From positions 101-64,100 of the forward strand of contig CAMWTI010000001.1 in assembly GCA_947177135.1 (NCBI GenBank): a stretch of DNA of 64,000 nt. Reading direction: 5' to 3'. Below the pieces are notes generated by a model. That model did no database searches, was not told the DNA's origin, and was given only the letters and a program-made list of their open reading frames with translations. Of the stretch, positions 47,797 through 57,173 are shown piece after piece. Both the position numbers and the translations under genes were made by a program. The DNA is from an uncultured Porphyromonadaceae bacterium. GTDB taxonomy: Bacteria; Bacteroidota; Bacteroidia; Bacteroidales; Muribaculaceae. Every line of letters starts with the position of its first letter. Positions within the stretch are counted from its first letter, which is position 1.

Positions 47797-48957
47797 ATGA
47801 AGCAAAAATTCAATTTCAAGGGACTGGCCACTGCAGTGGCCGCAGGCGCCCTTTGCGTGCTTTCGTCATGCGGTTCCAAAGAACAGGCTGGCCAGGGCGC
47901 CGGAATGGCCCCCTCGCTGGCCGTACAGACTGTAGCCCCTGGCTCAATCCAGCTTGAATCCACTTTCCCCGCAACAATAAAGGGCAAGACTGACATCGAC
48001 GTTCGCCCCATGGTGAGCGGAAACATAGTCTCTGTCCACGTCGATGAAGGACAGCGCGTCAACAAAGGCCAGCTGCTCTTCACCATCGACCAGGTGCCCT
48101 ATCTCGCAGCAGTAGACCAGGCCCGTGCTGCGGTCAACGTGGCCAGCACAGCGGTCGAGACAGCACAGATCTCTTACAATTCAAACAAGGCGCTATTCGA
48201 CAAAAACATCATCTCGGAACACGCCCTCCAGATCTCGGCCAACCAGCTCGCACAGGCCAAGGCCCAGCTCGCGCAGGCCAATGCCGGTCTGACCAACGCC
48301 GAAAAGAACCTGAGCTACACCCAGGTCGTGGCTCCGTCTGACGGCGTGGTCGGCTCGATCCCCCTGCGCGTCGGCGCCCTCGCATCGCCGTCCGGACAGG
48401 CTCTGACCACCGTCAGCGACAACTCCGAAGTCTATGCCTACTTCTCCATCAACGAAAAAGATATCCTCTCAATGACCGACGGAGGCGCCAGCACTCTCGA
48501 CGCGGCCATCGCGTCAATGCCCGAGGTGTCGCTCAAACTCGCCAACGGAACCACATTCCCCAACCCCGGCAAAGTTGCCACAGTCAGCGGCGTCATCGAC
48601 CCGCAGACCGGATCGGCAACCGTGCGCGCGCTCTTCTCAAACGTCAACAACATGCTGCGCTCAGGATCGACAGGCTCTGTTGTGATGCCGGTCGAAGCCA
48701 CCGACGTGATCGTCATCCCGCAGAAGGCCACATATGAAGTGCAGGACAAGAAATTCGTATTCACTGTCGACGAAAACAACACCCTCCACTCCACCGCCAT
48801 CTCAATCCTGCCCCAGCAAGACGGACAGCACTATGTGGTGACCGAAGGCCTCAGGCCCGGCGACCGCATCGTCATCGAAGGCGTCGGCATGTCGGCCCGC
48901 GACGGAATCACCATCAACCCCGTCGATCCAGCCGCCAAGGCCGCCCCGCAACAGTAA
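47797..48957 (+). CDS. RND efflux periplasmic adaptor (membrane fusion protein)
   Basis: Lipoprotein signal (..LCVLSSC), alpha-hairpin coiled coil, and barrel-sandwich/beta-barrel pattern of the AcrA/HlyD family. Confidence 0.9.
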   Translation: MKQKFNFKGLATAVAAGALCVLSSCGSKEQAGQGAGMAPSLAVQTVAPGSIQLESTFPATIKGKTDIDVRPMVSGNIVSVHVDEGQRVNKGQLLFTIDQVPYLAAVDQARAAVNVASTAVETAQISYNSNKALFDKNIISEHALQISANQLAQAKAQLAQANAGLTNAEKNLSYTQVVAPSDGVVGSIPLRVGALASPSGQALTTVSDNSEVYAYFSINEKDILSMTDGGASTLDAAIASMPEVSLKLANGTTFPNPGKVATVSGVIDPQTGSATVRALFSNVNNMLRSGSTGSVVMPVEATDVIVIPQKATYEVQDKKFVFTVDENNTLHSTAISILPQQDGQHYVVTEGLRPGDRIVIEGVGMSARDGITINPVDPAAKAAPQQ

Positions 48958-49003
48958 CAAAAATCACACTCTCAGTCACAGAACCAGAGATTAGAGAAAC
49001 AAC

Positions 49004-52000
49004 ATGAAGTTAAACACATTTATCAACCGCCCGGTACTATCCACGGTTATCTCGATATTTATCGTGCTGCTGGGTCTGATCGGACTTGTGTCGCTGCCGA
49101 TCACCCAGTTTCCTGACATAGCGCCGCCGACAATCTCGGTGTCAACGACATACAACGGCGCAAACGCACAGGCTGTGCTCAACTCGGTGATCGCCCCGCT
49201 GGAAGAAGCTATCAACGGCGCCGAGGGCATGACATACATGAAGTCGACCGCCACAAACACCGGATCGGCCAACATATCGGTATATTTCGAACAGGGAATG
49301 GACCCTGACATGGCGGCAGTCGACGTGCAGAACCGCGTGGCCAAGGCACAGAACCTGCTCCCGTCGGAGGTTAATCAGGTCGGCGTCCTCACCCAGAAAC
49401 GACAGACCTCGATGCTGGTGGGCGTGGCCCTCTATGACAGCACCGGAGTCTATGACGCGGAGTTCCTCGACAACTACATGAAGATCAACGTCATTCCCCG
49501 CCTCCAGCGCGTCTCGGGCGTGGGCGACGTGATGAGCTTTGGCGCCGACTACTCGATGCGCGTATGGCTCAAACCCGACGTCATGGCCCAATACGGACTC
49601 GTGCCCTCCGACATAGCCGGCGTCATCGCCGAGCAGAACATGGAAGCCGCCCCCGGCGGATTCGGACAACAGGGCAACCAGAGCTTCGAATACACCATGC
49701 GCTACCGCGGACGCCTGGTAACCCCCGAAGAATTCGAAAACATCGTGGTCAGCGCCAACGCCAACGGCGACGTGCTCTACCTCAAGGACGTGGCCGACAT
49801 TGAACTGGGCCGTGTGATGTATGGCTTCGCCAACGCACTCAACGGCTATCCGTCGACATCGGCCATGGTGTTCCAGACCGCCGGATCAAACGCCACCCAG
49901 ATCATCAACGACTGTCTGAAAGAGGTCGACAACATGAAAGCCGACCTTCCCAAAGGCCTCGCGTTCGCCATCCCGATGAACAACAATGACTTCCTTTACG
50001 CGTCGATCCACCACGTGATCCAGACCCTCATCGAAGCGTTCATCCTGGTGTTCCTTGTGACCTACCTCTTCCTTCAGGACATCCGCTCGACAATCATCCC
50101 CGCGATCGCCATCCCCGTGGCCCTCATCGGCACGTTCTTCCTGATGAACATGATCGGATTCTCGCTCAACCTGATCACACTGTCGGCCCTGGTGCTCGCC
50201 ATCGCGATCGTGGTCGACGACGCAATCGTGGTGGTCGAGGCGGTCCACGCCAAACTCGACGTGGGCTACAAGTCCTCGCGCAAGGCGGCCATCGACGCCA
50301 TGGGTGAAATCGGCGGCGCCATCATCTCCATCACCCTTGTGATGATGCTCGTGTTCATCCCAGTGTCGTTCATGCCTGGCACCGCCGGCATCTTCTACCA
50401 GCAGTTCGGTCTGACAATGGCAATCGCCATCGGCTTCTCGGCCGTCAACGCCCTGACCCTGTCGCCGGCTCTCTGCGCCGTGTTCCTCAAACCCCACTCC
50501 ACCGAATCAACTCTCGGAGAACGCATGGGCGAGGCATACCGCGCCGCAGGCGAAGTGGCACGCCGACGCTTTGCCTTCCACCCGCTCGTTACCACCGCCA
50601 TGCTTGTGGCAACGATAGTGTTCATGGTGCTCGGATGGTACTCCGACGGCAACCTGCTCCACATGACCCTGTCAATCATCGTGGCTGCCGTGGCTCTGTT
50701 CGGACTGTTCGGACGCCGCTTCAAAGACGCTTTCGAAAGCTCCTTTGCGAAACTCTCGAAATGGTATCGCTCCATCTCCAACTTCTTCATGAACCACAAG
50801 ATCTCGTCGTTCATCGCCGTGATCATCTCAGTGGTTCTCCTCGTCTGGCTCATGGCCAAGACCCCGACCGGCATGGTGCCCGAAGAAGACACCGGCACAC
50901 TCTTCTGCATGGTCGACATGCCTCCGGGCACATCGCAGGAACGCACCATCGAAGTGCTCAACCAGGTGCAGGGAATCGTCGACAAGATTCCCGCCGTCGA
51001 ATACTCCCAGATGATCGCCGGCTACAGCTTCCTGGCCGGACAAGGCGCCACCTACGGCACTTTCATCATCAAGCTCCGCAACTGGGCCGAACGCGACAAA
51101 AACACTGAAAGCTCCGACGCCGTGCTCCGCCAGATCTATGGCATGACGGCACAGGTGGTCAAAGACGGTCGCGTGATGGCATTCGCTCCGCCTATGATCT
51201 CGGGCTTCTCCGTGACCAACGGTTTCGAACTGGAAATGCAGGACCGCACCGGCGGCGACATCAACGACTTCTATGCCATCGTGCAGGGCTTCCTCGGTTC
51301 CCTCAACCAGCAGCCTGAAATCCAGATGGCCTACACAACCTTCAACCCCACATTCCCCCAATACCGCATCGACATCGACGCGGCAAAGGCCAAACAGGCC
51401 GGACTCAGCCCCAGCACGATCCTGTCGGCACTACAGGGCTACTATGGCGGCATGTACGTGTCTAACTTCAACCGGTTCGGCAAAATATACCGCGTGATGA
51501 TGCAGGCCGCACCCGAAGCCCGAGTGTCGCCCGAAACCCTCGAGTCGATCAAGGTGCGCAACGGCACCGGGATGGCATCGGTGAGCAACTTCGTCACCCT
51601 CACACGCATCTATGCGCCCGACCTGCTGAACCGATTCAACATGTTCACCTCGATCTCCGTGTCCGGACAACCCGCCCCAGGCTACTCATCGGGACAGGCA
51701 CTCGAAGCCATCAAGCGTGTCGCCGCCACAACCCTCCCTCAGGGCTATGGCTATGAATACGCCGGCATGACCCGTCAGGAAGCGCAGCAAGGATCCAACG
51801 CCACGGCCATAATCTTCGGTCTGTGCCTGCTCTTCGTCTACCTGCTGCTGTCCGCACAATATGAAAGCTACATCGTGCCCTGGGCTGTTATCCTCTCCAT
51901 CCCGTTCGGACTCATGGGCTCGTTCGTGTTCGCCCAGATATTCTCCGTCAGCAACAACATCTACTTCCAGATCGCACTGATCATGCTGATCGGCCTGCTC

Positions 52001-52360
52001 GCCAAAAACGCCATCCTCATCGTCGAGTTCGCGCTCGAACGCCGACGCACAGGCATGAGTGTGGTCAACGCCGCCATCCAGGGCGCCTGCGCGCGTCTGC
52101 GACCGATCCTCATGACGTCCATCGCGCTGATCATCGGCCTGCTTCCGCTCATGTTCTCCTCTGGCGTAGGCGCCAACGGCAACCGCGCGCTCGGCGTCGG
52201 ATCAATCGGAGGCATGCTCATCGGCATGATTCTCCAGCTCATCTTCGTGCCCGCGCTCTTCGTCATCTTCCAGAAGATCCAGGAGAAGATATCGCCTCTC
52301 AAATGGTCTGACACAAACAACGCCGGAATCGGATCTGAAATCGAGCAGTACTCACGATAA
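49004..52360 (+). CDS. RND efflux permease (AcrB/HAE1-like) with an extra hydrophobic insertion between TM6 and TM7
   Basis: 1118 aa. MKLNTFINRPVLSTVISIF, VVDDAIVVVE (TM4 proton relay) and the duplicated 6-TM/periplasmic-loop architecture. Confidence 0.93.
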   Translation: MKLNTFINRPVLSTVISIFIVLLGLIGLVSLPITQFPDIAPPTISVSTTYNGANAQAVLNSVIAPLEEAINGAEGMTYMKSTATNTGSANISVYFEQGMDPDMAAVDVQNRVAKAQNLLPSEVNQVGVLTQKRQTSMLVGVALYDSTGVYDAEFLDNYMKINVIPRLQRVSGVGDVMSFGADYSMRVWLKPDVMAQYGLVPSDIAGVIAEQNMEAAPGGFGQQGNQSFEYTMRYRGRLVTPEEFENIVVSANANGDVLYLKDVADIELGRVMYGFANALNGYPSTSAMVFQTAGSNATQIINDCLKEVDNMKADLPKGLAFAIPMNNNDFLYASIHHVIQTLIEAFILVFLVTYLFLQDIRSTIIPAIAIPVALIGTFFLMNMIGFSLNLITLSALVLAIAIVVDDAIVVVEAVHAKLDVGYKSSRKAAIDAMGEIGGAIISITLVMMLVFIPVSFMPGTAGIFYQQFGLTMAIAIGFSAVNALTLSPALCAVFLKPHSTESTLGERMGEAYRAAGEVARRRFAFHPLVTTAMLVATIVFMVLGWYSDGNLLHMTLSIIVAAVALFGLFGRRFKDAFESSFAKLSKWYRSISNFFMNHKISSFIAVIISVVLLVWLMAKTPTGMVPEEDTGTLFCMVDMPPGTSQERTIEVLNQVQGIVDKIPAVEYSQMIAGYSFLAGQGATYGTFIIKLRNWAERDKNTESSDAVLRQIYGMTAQVVKDGRVMAFAPPMISGFSVTNGFELEMQDRTGGDINDFYAIVQGFLGSLNQQPEIQMAYTTFNPTFPQYRIDIDAAKAKQAGLSPSTILSALQGYYGGMYVSNFNRFGKIYRVMMQAAPEARVSPETLESIKVRNGTGMASVSNFVTLTRIYAPDLLNRFNMFTSISVSGQPAPGYSSGQALEAIKRVAATTLPQGYGYEYAGMTRQEAQQGSNATAIIFGLCLLFVYLLLSAQYESYIVPWAVILSIPFGLMGSFVFAQIFSVSNNIYFQIALIMLIGLLAKNAILIVEFALERRRTGMSVVNAAIQGACARLRPILMTSIALIIGLLPLMFSSGVGANGNRALGVGSIGGMLIGMILQLIFVPALFVIFQKIQEKISPLKWSDTNNAGIGSEIEQYSR

Positions 52361-52369
52361 TTCCTCACT

Positions 52370-53770
52370 ATGAATACTTTTTCATCCAAAATAGCTTCAG
52401 CAGCTCTGGTGGTGGCTTTTGCCGCCACCACCTCGGGCTGCCACATTTACAAAAAATTCGACATGCCTGACCAGAGCGCCATCGGACAGGAACTGATCCA
52501 GGCCGCTCAACAGGAACAGGACTCGACGGCCCTTGGCAACCTCCCCTGGCAGCAAGTCTTCACCGACCCCGTGCTCGCCGACCTGATAAGCCAGGCTCTC
52601 GAAAACAACAAAGACCTCGAAAACGCCCGCCTCAACATAGAAGTGGCCCATGCCAACATGCTCGGCGCCCGGCTGAGCTACCTCCCGTCGCTCGCCCTCG
52701 CCCCATCGATCAGCAGCTCCACCTCAATCGGCGGAAGCAAACCCAACTGGAGCTACCAGATTCCGCTGTCGGCAAGCTGGGAAATCGACATATTCGGCAA
52801 AATCCTCAACAACAAGCGCTCGGCCGAAGCGGCCCACGCCCAGACCAAATTCTACGCCCAGGCAGTCAGATCGCAGATCATCGGCGGCGTGGCCAACTGC
52901 TACTATGCCATCTCGGCCCTCGAAGCTCAGCTGATGCTGCAACGATCGACGGCCGAAAGCTGGGAACGCTCCGTGCAGACAATGCGCGACATGAAAGAAG
53001 CCGGATGGACCAACGAGGCGGCGGTCGTGCAGAGCAACGCCCAGTACTACTCGATCCTCGGATCCATCTGCGACCTCGAGACGGCGGTCGAAGAAGCCCA
53101 CTACACCCTCTCGCTGCTCCTCAACCAGATGCCGCAGCGGTGGGCCATCCAACCCGGACTCTCGCTCGAAATGCCTGAAGGATTCCACTCCGGAGTCCCA
53201 ATGCAGGCCCTGGCCGCACGCCCCGACATCCTCGCCTCGGAACGCGCCCTGGCCATCGCATACTATGCCACCAACTCAGCCCGCGCAGCATTCTACCCCG
53301 GACTCACCATCACCGCCAACGGCGGATGGATGGACCAGATCGGCAACCTCGTCCAGAACCCCAAAGGATGGTTCTACCAGCTCGGAGCATCACTCGCAGC
53401 GCCGCTGTTCGCCCGCGGACAGAACATCGCCCGCCTCAAAGCCACCAAAGCTCAGCAGGAACAGGCCCTCAACAACTTTGAATATGCCGTCATGAGCGCG
53501 GCAGCTGAAGTAGGAAACGCTCTCACCGCATATGCCAACAACACCGCCAAGATCGAGGCCCTGACAGTCCAGACTGAACAGATGGCACAGGCTGTCGACA
53601 TCACCGAGACCCTCTTCATGAACCCAGCGGCCGACACTCAGACAACATACCTCGAAGTGCTCACCGCCCAACAGAACTACCTCGGAGTGCAGATGAACCT
53701 GATCAACTCAACGCTCAGCCGCACGCAGTCAATCGTAAACCTCTACCAGACACTCGGCGGCGGACGCTAA
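52370..53770 (+). CDS. Efflux outer-membrane factor (TolC/NodT family lipoprotein)
   Basis: Lipobox (TTSGC) and a two-fold repeat of the OEP pattern. Third gene of the RND operon. Confidence 0.88.
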   Translation: MNTFSSKIASAALVVAFAATTSGCHIYKKFDMPDQSAIGQELIQAAQQEQDSTALGNLPWQQVFTDPVLADLISQALENNKDLENARLNIEVAHANMLGARLSYLPSLALAPSISSSTSIGGSKPNWSYQIPLSASWEIDIFGKILNNKRSAEAAHAQTKFYAQAVRSQIIGGVANCYYAISALEAQLMLQRSTAESWERSVQTMRDMKEAGWTNEAAVVQSNAQYYSILGSICDLETAVEEAHYTLSLLLNQMPQRWAIQPGLSLEMPEGFHSGVPMQALAARPDILASERALAIAYYATNSARAAFYPGLTITANGGWMDQIGNLVQNPKGWFYQLGASLAAPLFARGQNIARLKATKAQQEQALNNFEYAVMSAAAEVGNALTAYANNTAKIEALTVQTEQMAQAVDITETLFMNPAADTQTTYLEVLTAQQNYLGVQMNLINSTLSRTQSIVNLYQTLGGGR

Positions 53771-53791
53771 CGCCATAAATCACATACCGTC

Positions 53792-54583
53792 ATGATCAAC
53801 AACTTAGCCCACGTCGACCCATCGGCCAAAATCGGCCGCGACGTGAAAATCCACCCGTTTGCATTCGTCGACGCCGACGTGGAAATCGGCGACGGATCCG
53901 TCATCATGCCATATGCCAGCGTAATGGCAGGAACCACAATCGGCAAAAACTGCAAGATCTACCAGGGCGCCATCATCGGAGCCGACCCGCAGGACTTCCG
54001 ATGGAAAGGCGAGCCGACACGATGCCTCGTCGGTGACAACACCGTCATCCGCGAACACGTGATCATCAACCGCGGCATCAGACCCGACGAACAGGGAACC
54101 GTCATCGGCAACGAATGCTTCATCATGGCCGACAGCCACATCGGCCACGACACACGCATCGCCGATAAAGTCGTTGTCGGCAACGGAGCCACCGTGGCCG
54201 GCGACGTCGAGATCGGAACCTGCACCATACTCTCGTCGCTCTCCATCGTCCACGAAAAATGCCACGTCGGCAAATGGGCGGTCATCAAAGGCGGATGCCG
54301 TATCGGAGCACACGTACCCCCGTTTGTCATCATAGCCCACAACCCCGCCACATTCTTCGGCGTTAACGCCTGGGTGATGCAGAAAAACGGTTTCTCGGAA
54401 GAAGACATCACCGAAATCGCCAAGGCCTACCGCCATATGTACCAGTCGGGCACATCTGTGTTCAACGCCCTCCAGCGCATAGAGGCCGACGTCACCCCCG
54501 GCCCCAACCGCGACGCCATCATTGACTTCGTCCGCTCCAACGACCTGCGCATCGTCGGAGCCATCAACGTCTCTGAAGACTGA
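53792..54583 (+). CDS. lpxA: Acyl-ACP--UDP-N-acetylglucosamine O-acyltransferase
   Basis: Left-handed beta-helix hexapeptide repeats starting AHVDPSAKIG and a C-terminal helical domain. Length 263 aa. Confidence 0.9.
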   Translation: MINNLAHVDPSAKIGRDVKIHPFAFVDADVEIGDGSVIMPYASVMAGTTIGKNCKIYQGAIIGADPQDFRWKGEPTRCLVGDNTVIREHVIINRGIRPDEQGTVIGNECFIMADSHIGHDTRIADKVVVGNGATVAGDVEIGTCTILSSLSIVHEKCHVGKWAVIKGGCRIGAHVPPFVIIAHNPATFFGVNAWVMQKNGFSEEDITEIAKAYRHMYQSGTSVFNALQRIEADVTPGPNRDAIIDFVRSNDLRIVGAINVSED

Positions 54584-55593
54584 TGGCAGCCAACCGTCCG
54601 ATCAAAACCCTTTTCCAGTTCATAATCCCGCTGACCATATCGGCGGGATTATGCTATATCCTATACTCCGGCATGGACTGGTCAGACGTGCGCGCCGGCC
54701 TCGCCACATGCCGATGGCAGTGGATGGGCGCATGGGCCGCGGCCAACGTGCTCGCCATCTGGTTCCGCGCATTGCGGTGGCGCATGCAGCTCCGCGTGCT
54801 CGCCATCAACCCGCCGTGCGCCGAAATGTTCCGCGCCATTGCAGGAACATATGCCGTCAACCTCGTCCTCCCGCGGCTGGGCGAAATCTGGCGCTCGGGC
54901 TACGTAGCCCGACGCCGTGGCGCGCCTTTCACATCCGTGTTCGGATCCATGATCGCCGACCGCCTGTCCGACACTGTCGCCGTGCTCCTGATCACCGCCA
55001 TCACCGTCCTCATGGCCCGAGCCCCCATGGCCCGCTTCATGGCCGAAACCGAATTCGGACGCAAAGCCGCATCGGCCATCGCCTCGCCGTGGGCCATCGC
55101 AACAGGCGCCTGCATCATTCTCTTCATCCTGGCCATCATCTGCCTGCCGCGCCTGCGCTTCATCTCGCGTCTGCGTGCCATACTGGCCAACGCCTGGAGC
55201 GGATTCGCCTCCATCTTCCACATGCGCCGCTCATGGCTCTGGCTGCTGCTCACCGCCGGAGTGTGGACAAGCTACTTCGCCGGCACCTGGTTCTCATTCC
55301 TCGCATTCGAATCCACTGCCGCAATTGTCCACGCCTACGGCCCCGTGGCTGTGCTCGTCACCTTCGTCTTCGGCTCATGGGCCATGGCCGTGCCATCCAA
55401 CGGAGGCATAGGCCCATGGCAGATGGCTGTAGTGCTCGCCCTCAGCGGCATCTACGCCATGGACCGCGGACCGGCCCTCGCCTTCGCCACCATAGTCCTC
55501 GCCCTCCAGACTCTCCTGTTCATAATCCTCGGACTATACGCCCTCATCTCCATAGCCCTCGCCCCAGGTCGCAGCCACACACCTGCCGCCTGA
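54583..55593 (+). CDS. Polytopic membrane protein, UPF0104 / lysyl-PG-synthase-TM (flippase-like) family
   Basis: 336 aa, about 8 TM segments, with a family-like N-terminus. The start overlaps the lpxA stop by 1 nt (TGATG). Confidence 0.55.
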   Translation: MAANRPIKTLFQFIIPLTISAGLCYILYSGMDWSDVRAGLATCRWQWMGAWAAANVLAIWFRALRWRMQLRVLAINPPCAEMFRAIAGTYAVNLVLPRLGEIWRSGYVARRRGAPFTSVFGSMIADRLSDTVAVLLITAITVLMARAPMARFMAETEFGRKAASAIASPWAIATGACIILFILAIICLPRLRFISRLRAILANAWSGFASIFHMRRSWLWLLLTAGVWTSYFAGTWFSFLAFESTAAIVHAYGPVAVLVTFVFGSWAMAVPSNGGIGPWQMAVVLALSGIYAMDRGPALAFATIVLALQTLLFIILGLYALISIALAPGRSHTPAA

Positions 55594-55643
55594 CTCATGT
55601 TGCACAACATATCGAAATAATTGCGCGCAAATATATTTTACAG

Positions 55644-55651
55644 TATATTTG
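55644..55651 (+). promoter_or_regulatory. Bacteroidota -7 promoter box (TATATTTG) upstream of the small secreted protein gene
   Basis: Matches TAnnTTTG 35 nt upstream of the ATG at 55686. It forms the right arm of an 11-bp inverted repeat. Confidence 0.45.
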
Positions 55652-55685
55652 CGCAAATTATTTACACACATTCACACTCATCTCC

Positions 55686-56066
55686 ATGAAATCACCATTA
55701 CTCCTTGCGGTAGCTATCTTCTCATCAACCGGAGTGGCGGCCCAACACACAATCTACATCACCTCAGGTGACCCCGTCAGCCCGGCCACCTCTACTGCCC
55801 CTGACAGAACGGTAGAAAATCTCGAAAACGGCGTGCGCGTCACCTACACTTTCAGCTATGCCCGCCTCGACTCCATTCCGTCAGACTCAGGCAATGGCGC
55901 TTTCATCGTCACTTCTGTGGCCACCGGCAAAAGCCTGACTTTTCAGCAGCCAAAAGGAGAATCAGAAGCGGTCATCGACCTCTCGGATGAAGCTCCTGGA
56001 ACATATGTGATCACCATGGTTGCCAACGGCAACAAAGTAGACTCATCAACCATTTCAATCAATTGA
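55686..56066 (+). CDS. Small secreted protein with a T9SS-type C-terminal-domain-like end
   Basis: 126 aa. Signal peptide MKSPLLLAVAIFSSTGVAAQ. The C-terminal beta-rich APGTYVITMVANGNKVDSSTISIN resembles Por-secretion tails. The rest of the 514-aa ORF-track entry is rejected. Confidence 0.5.
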   Translation: MKSPLLLAVAIFSSTGVAAQHTIYITSGDPVSPATSTAPDRTVENLENGVRVTYTFSYARLDSIPSDSGNGAFIVTSVATGKSLTFQQPKGESEAVIDLSDEAPGTYVITMVANGNKVDSSTISIN

Positions 56067-56071
56067 ACAGC

Positions 56072-57094
56072 ATGAAAAAGAGAATATTATCCGCACTGAC
56101 AGCAGCGGCGGCAACGATCGTGCCGGCTTCGGCCTTCGACGTCAAAATCGACAATATATATTACAACATCATCAATGGAGAATACCTTGAGGTGACTGCC
56201 ATTACAGATTATCCGGCATACTCCGGCGATCAATTAGATGTCGCGCCTATAAACCCGACCGCAAGCCAAACAACACCTAACGATTATTCCGGAGACATTG
56301 TCATTCCTGATTCGGTAACTGTTGATGGATATGAAAAAAAATTACCGGTCAAAACTATCAGGACAAGCGCGTTCGCTAATACGACCGAGCTCATATCAGT
56401 AACTCTCCCTGAAACCATAACGAGGATCGGATCGAGTGTATTCGCTCATTCTTCTATCAAAAAACTGGATATGAGCAAAGCAAAACTGCAATACATTCCG
56501 TCTTGGACATGCTACCGGTGTACGGAAGCGGTTGACGTCACAATGCCTGACGGTTTGGAGGATATCGGAGAAGGCGCTTTCATGCAAAGCAACATAACCG
56601 AGATCACAATTCCCGAATCCACTGAGTACATCGGCAATCAGGCCTTTATGCTCTGCCACAAGATCACTGCGGTACACGGTGGCAGAAACGTGACCAAATA
56701 TGGATATTACTGCTTCTCCAAAACCAGTTTAAGCACTGTGGTCATTCATGAAGCGCTTAGAGATATGAGCAATGCATTCACGCTTAATATCAATTTAAAG
56801 AACGTCATCTGCCATAAATCAGACCCGGATGACTTTGATGGATACTTCTCGTTCCACAACTCCAATCCGAACTGCACGCTATGGGTCCCCGATGAAAGTC
56901 TGGAGCTCTACAAAGCCTCCAGTCAGTGGACGTCGTTTTTCAAAGACATCAGGCCGATGAGCCAAGGACTACCGCAGGCTGCGGCCTCCGATCCTGAAGA
57001 CATCAGATATTTCGACATGAACGGACGCCAGGTCCCGGATCCGAAACCGGGACACGTCTACATCACAGACCGACACAAAAAAATACTCTACTGA
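56072..57094 (+). CDS. BspA-type leucine-rich-repeat surface protein with T9SS-tail-like C-terminus
   Basis: Signal MKKRILSALTAAAATIVPASA. LRR_5-type repeats are present (IRTSAFANTTELISVTLPETITRIGSSVFAHSSIKKLDM ...). The C-terminal end is RYFDMNGRQVPDPKPGHVYITDRHKKILY. Confidence 0.7.
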   Translation: MKKRILSALTAAAATIVPASAFDVKIDNIYYNIINGEYLEVTAITDYPAYSGDQLDVAPINPTASQTTPNDYSGDIVIPDSVTVDGYEKKLPVKTIRTSAFANTTELISVTLPETITRIGSSVFAHSSIKKLDMSKAKLQYIPSWTCYRCTEAVDVTMPDGLEDIGEGAFMQSNITEITIPESTEYIGNQAFMLCHKITAVHGGRNVTKYGYYCFSKTSLSTVVIHEALRDMSNAFTLNINLKNVICHKSDPDDFDGYFSFHNSNPNCTLWVPDESLELYKASSQWTSFFKDIRPMSQGLPQAAASDPEDIRYFDMNGRQVPDPKPGHVYITDRHKKILY

Positions 57095-57105
57095 GAGGCA
57101 AACCT

Positions 57106-57144
57106 AATCCTCCGGCACACTATTGCACAGCCGGAGGATTTTTT
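57106..57144 (+). terminator. Rho-independent terminator after the LRR gene
   Basis: 11-bp stem AATCCTCCGGC / GCCGGAGGATT with a 13-nt loop, then TTTT. Confidence 0.75.
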
Positions 57145-57145
57145 G

Positions 57146-57153
57146 TAAATTTG
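57146..57153 (+). promoter_or_regulatory. Bacteroidota -7 promoter box (TAAATTTG) upstream of ileS
   Basis: Matches TAnnTTTG 21 nt upstream of the ATG at 57174. Confidence 0.5.
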
Positions 57154-57173
57154 CGCCAATAATTGCAATTGTC

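Noticed and set aside
54522-55685. N-terminal ~388 codons of the 514-aa ORF-track entry 54522..56066 (+)
   Set aside because: It is an extremely Arg/Pro/His-rich off-frame read-through of the high-GC UPF0104 membrane gene. Only the last 126 codons are credible: they follow a -7 box, start at an ATG and carry a signal peptide.
56334-56341. A8 homopolymer inside the LRR gene as a possible slipped-strand phase-variation switch
   Set aside because: The tract is short, encodes Lys-Lys in an AT-rich gene, and there is no evidence of length heterogeneity. Similar A7-A8 runs occur elsewhere in the AT-rich patches.
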